Below are positions 1 to 13,444 of a stretch of 64,000 bases of DNA, one piece after another. The first letter of the stretch is position 1. Each line of letters begins with the position of its first letter. Source of the DNA: Chiloscyllium plagiosum (taxonomy: Eukaryota); NCBI RefSeq assembly GCF_004010195.1, contig NC_057735.1, forward strand, positions 27,832,930-27,896,929, in the 5' to 3' direction. Below the pieces are notes generated by a model. It had not been told where the DNA came from. It saw only the letters and a program-made list of their open reading frames with translations, and did not search any database. A program made the position numbers and the translations under genes.

Positions 1-264
1 ACTGGCACTGATGCTTTAAGTTCACGTTATGTTGTTTGTTATGGAATCAAACAACAGAAAGCCCCCCACTCCACCAAATTAGCAGCTAGTAAGTTAGAAG
101 TCATACTCATCAACAACCATCTTGGGCCTTTGATAAATAACTTCATATTTAAAGAATAATTAAATCACAAAGGATATACTGTTTGCTCAGTTCTAAAGTT
201 GAGCTCAGTCTACAGGATTATGTTTGGCATCTGAAATAACAGGAACCTAAACTCAGACATAAAT

Positions 265-1860
265 CATAGAGATGTATAGCACGGAAACAGACCCTTCAGT
301 TCAACCCATCCTTGCCGACCACATACCCAAACCCAATTTAGTCCCACCTGCCAGCACTTGGCTCATATGCCTTCAAACCCTTCCTAGTCATATACCAACC
401 CAAATGCCTTTTAAATGTTGCAATTGTACCAGCCTCCACCACTTCCTTTGGCAGCTCATTCCATACCCATACCACCCCCCGTGTGGAAAAAGTTGCCCCT
501 TAGGTCTCTTTTATATCTTTCCCCTCTCACCCTAAACCTATGCCCTCTAGGCTCCCCACTCCAGGGAAAAGACTTTGTCTATTTATCCTATCCATGCCCC
601 TCATAATTTTGTAACCTCTATAAGGTCAGCCCTCAGCCTCCGACACTCCAGGGAAAACAGCCCCAGCCTGTTCAGCCTCTCCCTATAGCTCAAATCCTCC
701 AACCCTGGAAACATCCTTGTAAACCTTTTCTGAACCCTTTCAAGTTTCACAACGTCTTTCCGATAGGAAGGAGACCAGAACTGCATGCAATATTCTAACA
801 GTGGCCTAACCAAGGCCCTTACAGCCGCAACATGACCTCCCAACTCCTGTACTCAATACTCTGACCAATAAAGGAAAGCATACCCAATGCCTTCTTCACT
901 ATCCTATCGACCTGCAACTCCACTTTCAATGAGCTATGAACCTGCACTCCAAGGTCTGTTTGTTCAGCAACACTCCCTAGGACCTTATCATTAAGTGCAT
1001 AAGTCCAGTTAAGATTTGCTTTCCCAAAATGCAGCACCTCGCATTTATCTGAATTAAACTCCACCTGCCACTTCGCAGCCCATTGGCCCATCTGGTCAAG
1101 ATCCTGTTGTAATCGGAGGTAACCTCCTTTGCTGTCCACTACACCTCCAATTTTGGTGTCATTTCCAAACTTATTAACTGTACTTCTTATGCTCACATCC
1201 AAATCATTGGTCACAGGTCTCCTGTCTGAAAAGCAACCCTCCACCACCATTCCTGTATCTTCTACCTTTGAGCCAGTTTTGTATCCAAATGCCTAGTTCT
1301 CCCTGTATTCCATGAGATCTAACCTTGCTAACCAGTCTCCCATAGGGAACCTTGTCATGCCTTACTTAAGTCCATACAGATCACATCTACCACTCTGCCC
1401 TCATCAATCTTCTTTGTTACTTGTTCAAAGAAAACTCAATCAAGTTTGAGAGACATGATTTCCCATGCACAAAGCCATGTTGAGTATCCCTAATCAGTTC
1501 TTGTCTTTCCAAATACATGCACATCCTGTCCCTCAGGATTCCCTCCAAAAACTTGCCCACTACCGATGTCAGGCTCACTGGTCTGTAGTTCCTGACTTGT
1601 CCTTACCACCTTTCTTAAAACAGCGGCACCACGTTTGCCAACCTCCAGTCTTCCGGCACCTCACCTGTGACTATCAATGATACACATATCTCAGTAAGAG
1701 GCCCAGCAATCACTTACCTAGCTTCCACAGAGTTCTGGAACACACCTGATCAGGTCCTGGGGATTAATTCACTATGTGTTTCAAGACATCTAGTACTTCC
1801 TCCTCTATAATATGGACATTTTTCAAGATGTCACATCTATTTCCCTACATTCTATACATA
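265..1860 (-). mobile_element. HER1/CR1-clade LINE, 5'-truncated and decayed
   Basis: RT C-terminal peptides LQQDLDQMGQWA..WQVEFN.DKCEVLHFG and [14 protein letters not shown]. Confidence 0.9.
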
Positions 1861-1924
1861 TGAAAGTAGGGAGCAGCCAATATTCCCATTAAATGATCTT
1901 TTTTCAGTATTGTCCTCCAAGTCC

Positions 1925-2430
1925 ATGTGTGCACTAGTGTTATAGGAAGGATATTATTCAGCTCGAGAGAGAGTTCAGAAGAGATTTACCAGGTATGGAA
2001 GGTTTGAGTTATAAAGAAAGGCTGGATAGGATGGGACTTTTACACTGGAACATAGAAGGTTGACCTCAGAGGTTTATAAAATCATAAGGGGTATAGATAG
2101 GGTTAATGCTGGTGTCTTTTTGCTAGAATGGGGGATTTCCAAGAGTAAGGGGCACATTTTTAAGGTGAGAGAAGTGAGATTTTTAAAAAAGACATGAGGG
2201 GCAAAATTTTCTGCAGAGGGTGGTCCTTGTGTGGAATGAACTTCCTGAGGAATTACTTTTTGGGGGCACAGTTACAATGTTTAAAAGACACCTTAATAAG
2301 TAAATGAATAGAAAAGGTTTGGTAGGATATGGGCCAGGTGCAGGCAAATGGGACTAGTCTAGTTTGGGATTATTTTCAGCATGGAATGGTTGGATTGAAC
2401 GGTCTGTTTCCATGCTGTATGACTCTGACT
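1925..2430 (+). mobile_element. CR1/HER1 LINE 3' fragment
   Basis: Homologous to the 3' end of the other copies; ctgtttccatgctgtatgactct tail. Confidence 0.8.
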
Positions 2431-2539
2431 CCCAAAACAAGAAGTCAATGCACTGGCATGTTGTTGGATAGCACGGAATATCGGATGAACCTCTGAGCAG
2501 CTGTGCCACTGAATGGCTTAGAGGGAACACTGGCAGCAG

Positions 2540-3590
2540 CCCACTGACTCTGCTCTACCATTCAATAAGATCATAGCTTATCCGGCAATCCTCAACTCCA
2601 CTTTCCTTCCATTCACCCATAATACATTTTTAATTATTAAAGGAATCATGGTATCTATCTGGCCTTGAGTGCACTGGACAATCCAGTCAAGTCCACTGCA
2701 GCAAAGAATTCTATATCCTCAGTGAATAAATTCCTCTTAATCTGCTCTTATTGGGCAACACTTTACTAAAAGATCATGTTCTGTGATCCGAGACTCTCCT
2801 ACAAAAAAAAACAATCTTTCATATCTACCCTGTCAAGTCCCTCAGGAATCTTCTATCTTCTATTCTTCAATAAAATTGCCTAACATTCTTCTAAACTCTA
2901 ATGAGTACAGGTCAAATGTACTCAATTTTTCCTCAAAACCAAACATATCAATCTAGTGCTTCTTCTCTGGATTGCCTTCAATGCCAGTATATATCTTTCC
3001 TCAGGTAAGGGATTAAAACTCTTCACAGTATTTGAGCTGGAATTGATCAATGTCTTATACAGTTTTCACAAGGTTTCCCTATTTTTTATACCCTATTCCT
3101 TTTGCAATGAAGGGCCACATTCCATTTGCCTTTCCTATTGCCTGAAGAACATAGATGCTGGTTTTTTGTGATTTACGCAGGACTCTCCCACCTACCACCA
3201 AAGGTTCTTGTATGTAGCTTTCCGTAATCTTTGATTCAAATAATATTCAGCCTCCTCTATTCTTTCTGCATAACCTCATTTTCTCACATTATATTCCATC
3301 TGCCAAGTTTCTGCCCACATCTTCAACCTGTCCAAACCCTCTGCAAGCCCTTTTTTTTGTCTCAGCACTTGCCTTCCCATTTATTTTTGCATCATCTGAA
3401 AATTTGGCGACAGTACATTCAGTTGCCTCATTCAAGTCATTCATATATTGGAAATAATTTTGGCTCCAGGGCTGATTTCTGTGGAACTCCACTAGTTACA
3501 ATTTGCCATCCTATACCTCCCTTGTCTCAAATCTGTCTATTAGTTAGTAAATTCTCCATCCACGCTAACGTACTACCTCTAACACCACTT
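2540..3590 (-). mobile_element. Old CR1 LINE fragment
   Basis: YMNDLNEATECTVAKFSDDAKING (F-A-D-D-like RT motif). Confidence 0.7.
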
Positions 3591-4553
3591 GGCTTTTGTC
3601 TCATTTCTCACAGCTGTCTGCAAATTCAGCAGTTAGTAAAAACAGGTTGTTTGAATGTTGAAGCCTGAACCAGCTTTAGAGCAGAAGAAAAATGCTTTCT
3701 ATTCTTTCTCTTTTGCTCCTCATCAAGGTCCAAGGCTGTCGAGAAGGCAAACAGATGGAACGTCCTAGTCAAAAGCAACAAATTTAAAGGTATTTCCAAG
3801 GCAGTAAAATAAATGGAGACAGCAAAAGGCTTTGACACTTGGATGAAACATCAACTGTCATATCACAGTATTTATAGGCTTTCCAACCGATCAATTACAC
3901 CATTGAGCTCCTCTGTACTTTTTGCCTTGTTCAGCCAGGCAAGTTCCAAAAAGCTTGCCAAATATATACACTGACCGTCAAAGAATCAAATGTTCGTACT
4001 CCAGGGCTAAATATACACTTATCACCTTTCAGTTCATGTTAATAGCTAACCTGCAGGTTTGTTGGGCATTTCCTATACCATCAAAGGCACTCAAATTAAA
4101 CTCTTAAGTCAATGGGTTTCAGCCGGCTTCTGACTATCAAGTTTTTTTGTTCTTTTAATCTGTCACAAGCACCAATCACCTACCTGGTTAAGTTAAACTT
4201 ATTACTTAAATGTGGGGGCAGGAAATTATCGAGTTTGCTTTAAATTTTTACAAATCTACTCAAACTTGAAACAATTCTAGTGCTTTGTGTTCTTTATTCT
4301 TCTCCTGTTTAACTGAAATTTGGGAAGTACACTGCTGTCAATATTGTGAGATCAATTAAGTGTAATGTTTTTCTACACTTGCACAGTGTATCTCCCATGT
4401 TGAGATCTACAAGGTGCTAAGGCAAGTACAAATTTGTTTCACTACTGTTGTGGCACAATTATAAAGTCCTTACCAATTTAAATTTAAACTTACTCTATAT
4501 CCACACAAATTCATTAGCTCACTGGAATCATTACAAAATTACAATTATCTTAC

Positions 4554-4722
4554 CTTCCAGATTGTATTTTTTGGCAATTGGTAGACAAAAAAGACGGATA
4601 TGACTAATTATTGGACTCCTCCAGCTCTGGTCTTCTGTGACTGCACTCTGGCAATGAGATCTGCCATAGGGGATGATGAAGGAATAGACTGCTGTTATAA
4701 GGAGCCCCAGGGCCACCACAAC
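4554..4722 (-). CDS. C6orf89: C6orf89 homolog, coding exon 2 (transmembrane segment); later exons not identified in the window
   Basis: Acceptor tttctccaatag|, donor G|GTAAG, phase 0 matches exon 1; VVVALGLLITAVYSFIIP...WRSPIISHIRLFCLPIAKKYNLE resembles human WRSLIHHIRLMSLPIAKKY. Confidence 0.92.
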
Positions 4723-5276
4723 CTATTGGAGAAATAAACAAGGCAGATAACTTAACTCCACAAGATCTAAATGATGGAAAATTTGTTAACTTGCACAGAT
4801 TAACAACTTGTTCGCAAGCAAATCATCTTATGAATATGAAACCTTTCGATATGATTAGTCACAGTATTTTAATCAATGTCTATCAACTGCATTTTGAATA
4901 TTCATAAACACAGGCAGTCTTAAAATTGCTAAGTTATTAGGACCACAAATATTGAATGTTGAGAGAAGCAATACAACATGCTTAACAATATTATGATATC
5001 AGATGATGTTATCCTTGGAGAAGTCAGATCCCAGACCAAAATAGGTCTTGATAAAACAAAAACAAAAGATTCTAACAAGGTTATTTCTCACTGAAATACA
5101 AACATGCAATGCTGCAGTTTTGAGTTCAACAATAAAACAACTTTACTACAACTTCACAAAAAAAAACTATTCACAGGTAACACATTTAATGATTTGAAAC
5201 ATGATATAAAATACAAACACATAAATCTAAAAAAAAACACTCCTGTATAGTTCCAGAGATAATTCCGTTTTCTTTC

Positions 5277-5650
5277 TCATAGTCAAAGAGATGTACAGCA
5301 TGTTAACAGACCCTTCGGTCCAACCCGTCCATGCCGACCAGATATCCCAACTCAATCTAGTCCCAATCTCGTCCCACATGCCAGCATCCAGCCCATGTCC
5401 CTCCAAACCCTTCCTATTCATATACCCATCCAAATGCCTCTTAAATGTTGCAATTATACCAGCCTCCACCACATCTTCTGGCAGCTCATTCCATACATGT
5501 ACCACCCTCTGCGTGAAAAAGTTGCCCCTTAGGTCTCTTTCATATCTTTCCCCTCTCACCCTAAACCAGTGCCCTCTAGTTCTGGACTCCTCGACCCTAG
5601 GGAAAGGACTTTGTCTATTTATCCTATTCATGCCGCTCATAATTTTGTTA
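5277..5650 (-). mobile_element. HER1 LINE 3' end
   Basis: RDLRGNFFTQRVVHVWNELPE. Confidence 0.85.
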
Positions 5651-5651
5651 A

Positions 5652-5802
5652 CGGCGGCACGGTGGCACAGTGGTTAGCACTGCTGCCTCACAGCGCCTGA
5701 GAACTGGGTTTAATTCCTACCTCAGGCGACTGACTGTGTGGAGTTTGCACATTCTCCCCGTGTCTGCGTGGGTTTCCTCCGGGTGCTCCGGTTTCCTCCC
5801 AC
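5652..5802 (+). mobile_element. HE1 SINE 5' part, running into the assembly gap
   Basis: tRNA-like head ggcggcacggtggcacagtggttagcactgctgcctcacag. Confidence 0.85.
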
Positions 5803-6026
5803 NNNNNNNNNNNNNNNNNNNNNNNNNNNNNNNNNNNNNNNNNNNNNNNNNNNNNNNNNNNNNNNNNNNNNNNNNNNNNNNNNNNNNNNNNNNNNNNNNN
5901 NNNNNNNNNNNNNNNNNNNNNNNNNNNNNNNNNNNNNNNNNNNNNNNNNNNNNNNNNNNNNNNNNNNNNNNNNNNNNNNNNNNNNNNNNNNNNNNNNNNN
6001 NNNNNNNNNNNNNNNNNNNNNNNNNN
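5803..6026. other. Assembly gap
   Basis: Run of N. Confidence 1.
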
Positions 6027-7644
6027 TTTTTTGAGGTATTTTAGGTGCTGGAGGTGATTTCCTTGAATTCCAGTAGCAGCAATTACTGTTTTATATGCTG
6101 TTGCATTGTTTTGGAACTTTGAAAACAAAAAGTCAAAACAACAGCAGTTTTAAAAGGGAGAAGAACAGACAAAGGAAGCACATGGTGAGGACAGTGCAAG
6201 AGATAGAGAGAGAGAGAGACAGAGAGAGAGAGAAATAGAGAGGGGGGGTGTGGGGAGGGGAGTACCTGCACGGTTACTGCCTTTGCTGGTTTTGAATTAA
6301 TGTGTCGCTGGACATCGGAGTGCATCTGGGAAAATTAACAAACAGTGAATTTCACAACTAATCTTGGAGGAACCAGTTTGGGCGAAGTTCACAACACCGA
6401 ATCAGATAAGTTAATTGTTGTTTTAAGTCAGTCCAAGAGAAAGGCTGTATTAATGAGTACGTGGGTTCTTTCTTGATTATATGTTTTTGGAGATAAGTCT
6501 CTTGATTACTTAAAATATAAGCAATAGCTACTAATTTAACCTGGTGCAGTGTTTTGTAGGGGAATAAGATGGTGTTATTTATTTTCTGGGTCATCTATAG
6601 GGTATATTTTAATTGTGGCCTCAACTCCCCGTCTTGAGACTGTGATAATCTTTCCCTGAAGCCTTTATACAAATGAATTTAGACTCTCAGCTTCAAATAA
6701 CTTCTTCAGGATTGTAACCAAACACTTCTGACTTCAACATTCTTAAACTACCTTCTTTGCTTAGGAGCAACTATTTTACACATTCAGCTTCAGCCAACTC
6801 TTCAGTGGACAAAAACTAAAGAGTTTCTTTTACCTCCAAGATATGAATGTTTCTTCAAAAAAAATCAATCACTAAGCTTGTAACACACATTGTTACTGTG
6901 TGCACTTGTAAAATCTCCCAATGTAAAAAAAATTCCTGATAGCCTCCTACAATTATCTCTCAAAAAGACTATTTAAAAATAAAACTCCATGCCAACAGAA
7001 ATAAACACCTTCAGACAGACTGAAAGCCCATACATCACTAAATCAACAGAAATAATGTACACATGAATCTCACACTTTGCATTACAATTGCAATATATAA
7101 TGTATGTTACCAGATTGATTGCACTAAATTATGCCAATGTTTTCTCTATACCCTTACCCTCCCAGTCCACCAAACCCTCCAAATGCACCCTGGCTATAAT
7201 GCAACTGCTACCCAAAACCATCACTTCAGAGGGTGTTATCATTCCCAAGGCATGTCCAAACATAACAGAGCAGCCCCTATAAGCCAGCAAGGGAAAGGAT
7301 AATTCTGAGAAAGAAAGCACCCTCTAACCGAGCCCAGGGGACACTGGCAACTTTGGAGTTCAGCAGCTAATCCCCTCTCTCAGGCACCAATGATTTTTTT
7401 TCATTGTTAAGCGAGCCCTTAGTTAATCCAATCCCACTTAACACTTCACCTCAGTATTTTCACTTAAATTCATAACTTTCAGGAACAAATGGTATTTTTA
7501 GAGAGGACAATCCATATTGTAAATCATACTGCAATATAACATGGAATTGCAGCTTTTCTAAAGGTATTCGATTTACCATTTATTATTTACTCGATGGGAA
7601 AAGATTAGTTTAAAATATTGAAATAAAGCAATATGCCAGAGGTA

Positions 7645-7844
7645 GGAGAAAGTGAGGACTGTAAATGCTGGAGATCAGAGTACAGAGTGTGGTGCTGGAA
7701 AAGCACAGCAGGTCAGGCAACATCACAGTAGTAGGAGAATCGACATTTCGGGCATAAGCCCTTCATCAGGAATAGGATTCCTGATGCAGTGCTAATGCCT
7801 ATTCTCCTGCTCCTCGGATGCTGCCTGACCTGTTGTGCTTTTCC
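7645..7844. mobile_element. Palindromic Penelope terminal-repeat insertion (family A)
   Basis: Inverted arms; flanked by a degenerate 13-nt duplication TATGCCAGAGGTA / TATGCTGGAGGTA. Confidence 0.7.
7742..7769 (-). ncRNA. Minimal hammerhead ribozyme core (family A), sense within C6orf89 intron 1
   Basis: Minus strand CTGATGA-AGGGC-TTAT-GCCC-GAAATGTC. Confidence 0.65.
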
Positions 7845-9796
7845 TATGCTGGAGGTATAAAATATATACAGAAATGAGAAAAAACTCAGCAGGTCTGGCT
7901 GCAATTATGCTAATTAAATTTACCTTATCATTCTGCAAATTAGGACATTTGTCACATAGGCTGTTCAGGAATCAGATGCGCATCCCAAAAACTGACAGGA
8001 CACTGTTCTGACCACTGTAACAATTATTGACCCGCCCTCTCCCTCTTCAGCTTTGTTTACATATCATCCCAAATTAACATACAAATGGACATCAAGATTC
8101 TCCTCAATGATGTGTTGAGTGTGGCAGTTCGGGATTTTCCTCTGCTCAAAGAATATCCTGCTGTCTGCACACGTTATATGTGATCAATAAAATTGGCATA
8201 TCTTTGACAGGATTCTCATACATCTAGAAACCTGCTTGAGGAATAATGCACAATCTTTGTTGCAGAATATATAGCCAGTTCTCTGTAAAGCACAAGGCTT
8301 CAGGAGTGCAATGATGGAGAAAGAAAAAAATGATGTTTTGAGTCTTCCTTGGACTTTCAATAAGCATTAGATTTCTTAAATAAATGGGTTACTATTGATT
8401 ACTGTAAAGAATACTGTACTGAGTTAATGCACTGCAATGTTGATAAGACATCAATTTTTAATACTATGCTAAGTTCCTAATTTTCTAAATAGGAGCCAAA
8501 GAACTACATTCCAGAAAAATGATTATTCACAAGGAAGTGGAGAAGAAATTAATAATTACAAATAAATTCAATGTCTACTCACTCCTTACTATTATTCATG
8601 GGATTAGACACCCAACATTTTTGGTTGCATATGTCAATCATTCACAAATATTAACTTCTGAATCAGTCTGGATTACTTTAGTGTGCAATCTGTTTTGTAC
8701 AAGTTCGCTGCTTTATATTTGCATCCTCCCTGTCTGTTTAAACAAAATGAATAAAAACCTCAAAAGTTCAAAATAAATTGGATGCAGTGCAAAGTTTGCA
8801 ACAATACAGGGTGCAGTCATCAAGTCAGGGCTGTGGCCCTGAAAATTGTGTAATGAGTGTCATGGCTCCAAATTAGGGATCTGTTAGTTCTGTAATGTAG
8901 TTTCAATAAAAGATTTTCAACTAAAGCAACTTGTTTCCCCCTACTGTCTTTAAATTAGTGCTGACTTGACTCCACATGCATCTCTTTCCAATTATACAAA
9001 GGTTCTTTTCTTGCTGCTATTTATGAGTTACATCTCAAAAGATTAATTTTATGACAGATTTTGAAGGGTTAAACCCAGACAGAGCTTGAGATGGCCTGTA
9101 GGGCGATGACCCAAATGCAGCTAAAATGTTCTTGAGTTCATACCTACCATCTGCCCTTTTGTATTCAAGTGTGCAATATACTACTTACTACTTTATAAAG
9201 AGAAGATACTGCATTAAAATAAAGTTAAAAACATTTGCATTTATTCTGCTAAAAACACAGGTTATTAGCCAATTGACCTTGATTTTGCAATCAGCTTCAG
9301 AACAAAAACATTCACTGAACTGGAAAAAAGCTGCCCATCAAGATCAATTTCTGTGACAGACAGTTTAAATCTGATGCCAGGCTAATGGGATTTTTGTTAC
9401 AGCAGCAATGATGCCAGCAAGCTGACAACACAAAATCACATTGAAATATTCTTACAAACTAATAAGTTAAAACTGTTCTGAACAACAACACCGGACCTGA
9501 GACATTAACTCTGCTTTCTCTGCACAATGCTGCCAGACCTAAGCTTTTCCAGTAATTTTTGTTTTTGAAATTAAAAAGTTGAATCTTCTCTTTTACCTCA
9601 AATTTTCAAATAAAGAAATAAATTATAATTGGATTTAAAGAGGCTAAACCATACCAACAAATATTCAGAAAAGTAAAATGCAGATTACATAATTGTGCAG
9701 AAATCTGATATTCCAGAAATGTAAAATCTGCCCTCAAGGCAAGCAATAGTGTTCAGTAGTAATTATGAAGTTAATATGAAGGTAATTATGAATTTT

Positions 9797-10093
9797 GGGC
9801 GGCACGGTAGCACAGTGGTTAGCACTGCTGCCTCACAGCGCCAGAGACCCGGGTTCAATTCCCGCCTCAGGCGACTGACTGTGTGGAGTTGGGACGTTCT
9901 CCCCATGTCTGCGTGGATTTCCTCTGGGTGCTCCGGTTTCCTCCCACAGTTCAATTCAGGTGAATTGGCCATGCTAAATTGCCCGTAGTTTTAGGTAAGG
10001 GGTAAATGTAGGGGTATGGGTGGGTTACGCTTCGGCGGGTCGGTGTGGACTTGTTGGGCCGAAGGGCCTGTTTCCACACTGTAAGTAATCTAA
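9797..10093 (+). mobile_element. HE1 SINE
   Basis: A/B-box tRNA head; HER1-like tail gggcctgtttccacactgtaagtaatct. Confidence 0.9.
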
Positions 10094-10627
10094 AAAGAAT
10101 CTAAAAAAAAATGCCATTGTAAACCTAGTTATATTGTATTCAACAATACCCAACTTTATTGAGGACTTAGACTTCAAACCTGTTTGTCTCATTGTATAAG
10201 TTCTCATCAGTCCACAGATATGCCTTTGACATGTGCTCTGGGGAAGCTTAAAATCATTCAGATGACCTCTAGTCCTGCATTCTTCTGTACGTGAACAGAC
10301 TCTTGGAACTGCAGTCAGTTTCAGTAATGTCGCAAACACTGACAGCTTTTCAATCATTACAACAAAATCTAGGCTACTGTCTGTATGCTAGTCCAACCTA
10401 TAAAGCACAACTGCTGGAAGAAAAACTATCAACAGAATAATACCTTTTAATTATAAGCTTCACAGAGCTGTTCAAAGGAGCTGAGATCTCTGTGGCAGGT
10501 TGGTAGCAGACCTGTGCAGAATTTTCAGTCCACCAGGATCTGCTGGCCAAACATTCCACTGTCTGTGGACTTCAACATATTCACTTCAAGCATGCTCTAA
10601 AGATCATCTGGGATCTCTCCATCAAGA

Positions 10628-10748
10628 GCAAGTGAGGACTGCAGATGCTGGAGCATCAGAGTCAAAAAGGGGGCACAGGAAAAGCACAGGTGGTCAGACA
10701 ACATTCTAGGAGCAGGATAGTCTACTTTTCGGGCATAAGCCCTTCATC
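10628..10748 (-). mobile_element. Degenerate Penelope terminal-repeat fragment (family A)
   Basis: aagtgaggactgcagatgctggag...ttttcgggcataagcccttcatc, shared with the other copies. Confidence 0.6.
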
Positions 10749-13444
10749 TTTCCATCAGCAGTACATTACTATCAAGTTAACAGATGCCACATACCAAATG
10801 GTAATGTTAAGTCAGTTATCGTACTGACCAGGCCAGCTGGGCCATGATCGGGTTCCCTCAGGTGCAGGAGCAATCAACTACATTCATACAGCCAAGTAAA
10901 ATCTCCTGTGATCAGGAAAGAGCTTCACTCACTACTAATCATGTAGAATGTGAATACACCAAAGGCACCCTGCAAGTTTCTGCAAAATTTCCAGGAACTG
11001 CCATAACTTGTGCCCCACAAATGCCCTGGCCGTCTTTGATCAGGCCACCGAAATGCCAGAATGGATGGACTCTGGGCAACAATGGCATTTTTGCCTACAA
11101 CTGTATTTTATTGCAACACAGAGCCAGGAAACAACTTAACCTGTTGCCATGTGATTGCAAGGGCAGCAGGGAATAAGCCACTGGCCCTCTGAAAATGAAG
11201 TTCAGCTGCATTCTGGGAGTGCATTGCAAAATGCTCCCTTAAAGTTATGTATCAGTGATATGCTGAGCAATGCTTAGCCTGGCACTCCAGAGCAAAGTCA
11301 AACTGGATGCAGAATCAAACTGAGTGCCCACTGTCTCTGAGGAATAAGATTGGTTGAAGGTGCTCCAAGACCAGACAGGCAATGGAAATGCACCGTCAGG
11401 CCCAATGTCAGCACAACAGGAAGGGACACATGCTAACTTACTAATAACCATACATTCCTCCTTAGATTCCTTTAAATATCAGGGGAAATAATTGTGTTTT
11501 CCATGAGGGTGCTTTTCATTAAATGCCCTTACCACAATTACATAATTCCAAGGGATACTTTCATCATGGCTATCATTTACACATGCCTTTCCATACCCTA
11601 CATCTCAAGGATTCCATATCAGGTAACAGCTCAGAAATGAACACACAAGTTATTAAAGCACGCAATGTAGGAATTTTAATGTTGCACAGAGTTTTAAAAA
11701 AAAGAATGGGACTGCTGGTGCAACTGGATGGATTTACTGCCATGCTTACAGGTTTTCTCAAGGTGTATTCTCAGTACCTGCAGCTGACTTAGAGATATAC
11801 AACATATTGCCTCTCCAACTGCAGTAATCAGTGATGTTCAAGAGTAGACTGATCGGACAGGAATTGACAAAATTAGATTTGTCTTGCATTTTGGACAGGT
11901 TTGCACAGAGTGGCCCATCTAGCTTTGTTCTTTTCTGACAATGATACTCATAATAGGATTAATTAAAAAACTAGCAGCAACACACAAACGTCTGCAATCG
12001 TGTACTTAACAAATCCCAAAACTGCATCAAATTCTCCAATGCATCCCCACCTATGCTATTCCTTTCTTCTGATGATAGCATTCTGATACTTTTCCCTTTT
12101 ACCAGGATATCTCTGCCACTCATTAAATAAGTAAGCTTAGAAACTCTGCACCATGTTAACAGAAAACATTCAATAGCCAAGAAAAAAAAGTTCCAAATTT
12201 TACTTCCCAATAAGATTAATACATGACAAAGAAAATCTCAAAGTTGCTATACTATTATCTAAATTTATTAACAAGGATCACCACTATTCATGTGTTAAAA
12301 AAGTAGGAAGTGCAAAAGTTCCAATGAATTGATGCAGGATGGTACGTAGACTGAAGAATTGATGACCATTACAATGGAAACAGTTGCCACCACATGACCA
12401 GGAAACAATTATCAAGTCATCATTTCCTTTCCACCACTCTGGAGGTGAAATAAATTTTATGATTTATGTGACACCTGAAGGATTGGTTCTTCTTTCACAA
12501 CAATGCAAGCAGCAGCCATGCTTTTGTTGCTCGAATACTTGTTTCCCCAAAAGGGTATGGTAGTCTTACTATGGCCTAATCACTACTATTTTACTTTTTT
12601 CCTTGATGCCCCTAACAATACCGAGTATTTTCCACAAATAACTATTGATCTGTGTATGTACTATTAGGAAATTATCCAAAGCATCTCTGTTCACCAATAC
12701 CCTTTCATATTTTTATATCAATTTCACTGCTTCTAATTATGACTAAGGCTAAATTCTATGCTGTATATCTGTTTCACCTGCCTGTGCATCCTGATGTCTT
12801 TTGCAATCATGTCCATGGCCAAACCCCATAAAGTTGCGCACTTGATGGTCAAGTTCAAATCATATATATTATACAGACACTCAAGAGTACAGAAGACAAA
12901 GCGCATACAGCAGTGACTTTCTTTAATACACATTCAATCCCTTTTCAATTGAAGACCCATGTAACAGATTGGGTAAACGTAGTCACTAATGGGCTATAGG
13001 CTGCTCTCTCATTAGAGACAGAGATGACTGGTGGTGGTTTAACTAGACGGTCAACATGTCTCAGGCGACAGGTGATGTTGAGAAGTTGGGATCTTCATGA
13101 TAACTTCAGCTGGTGCGGGAATTGAGTTTGTGTTATTAGCATCATGCTGCATTGCAAACCAGCCATCTAGACAACTGGATTAACTGACACACTGTACATA
13201 GCATATCTCCTTAACCCTATCAATTCTTCAAAACACTCAACTTCTTTATGCTTGACTTGTCTTTTAAAAGAATTGGTAATGACAACACTGTATTTGATTA
13301 CCGCAGCCTTTTTAAAACAGTCACCTATAGTTACCCATCTCAACCTACACTCATATCACATTCCAGCACTCTGGCTGAATTTACAACTGTGAAGTTTGAA
13401 AGGCTTTGCTATTTTATTGCAAACCCATCTATAACCACCTTAAG

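Noticed and set aside
3626-3740. Possible C6orf89 exon 3 (ALDLDEEQKRKNRK after a cag acceptor on the minus strand)
   Set aside because: Phase-compatible, but there is no convincing donor and no recognisable similarity; cannot be supported without cDNA
6027-7070. Possible solo LTR(s) next to the gap
   Set aside because: The composition is suggestive, but no paired LTR, PBS or TSD could be identified
9797-9870. tRNA genes at the HE1 heads
   Set aside because: The tRNA-like A/B boxes continue into SINE body and LINE-derived tail; these are not standalone tRNAs
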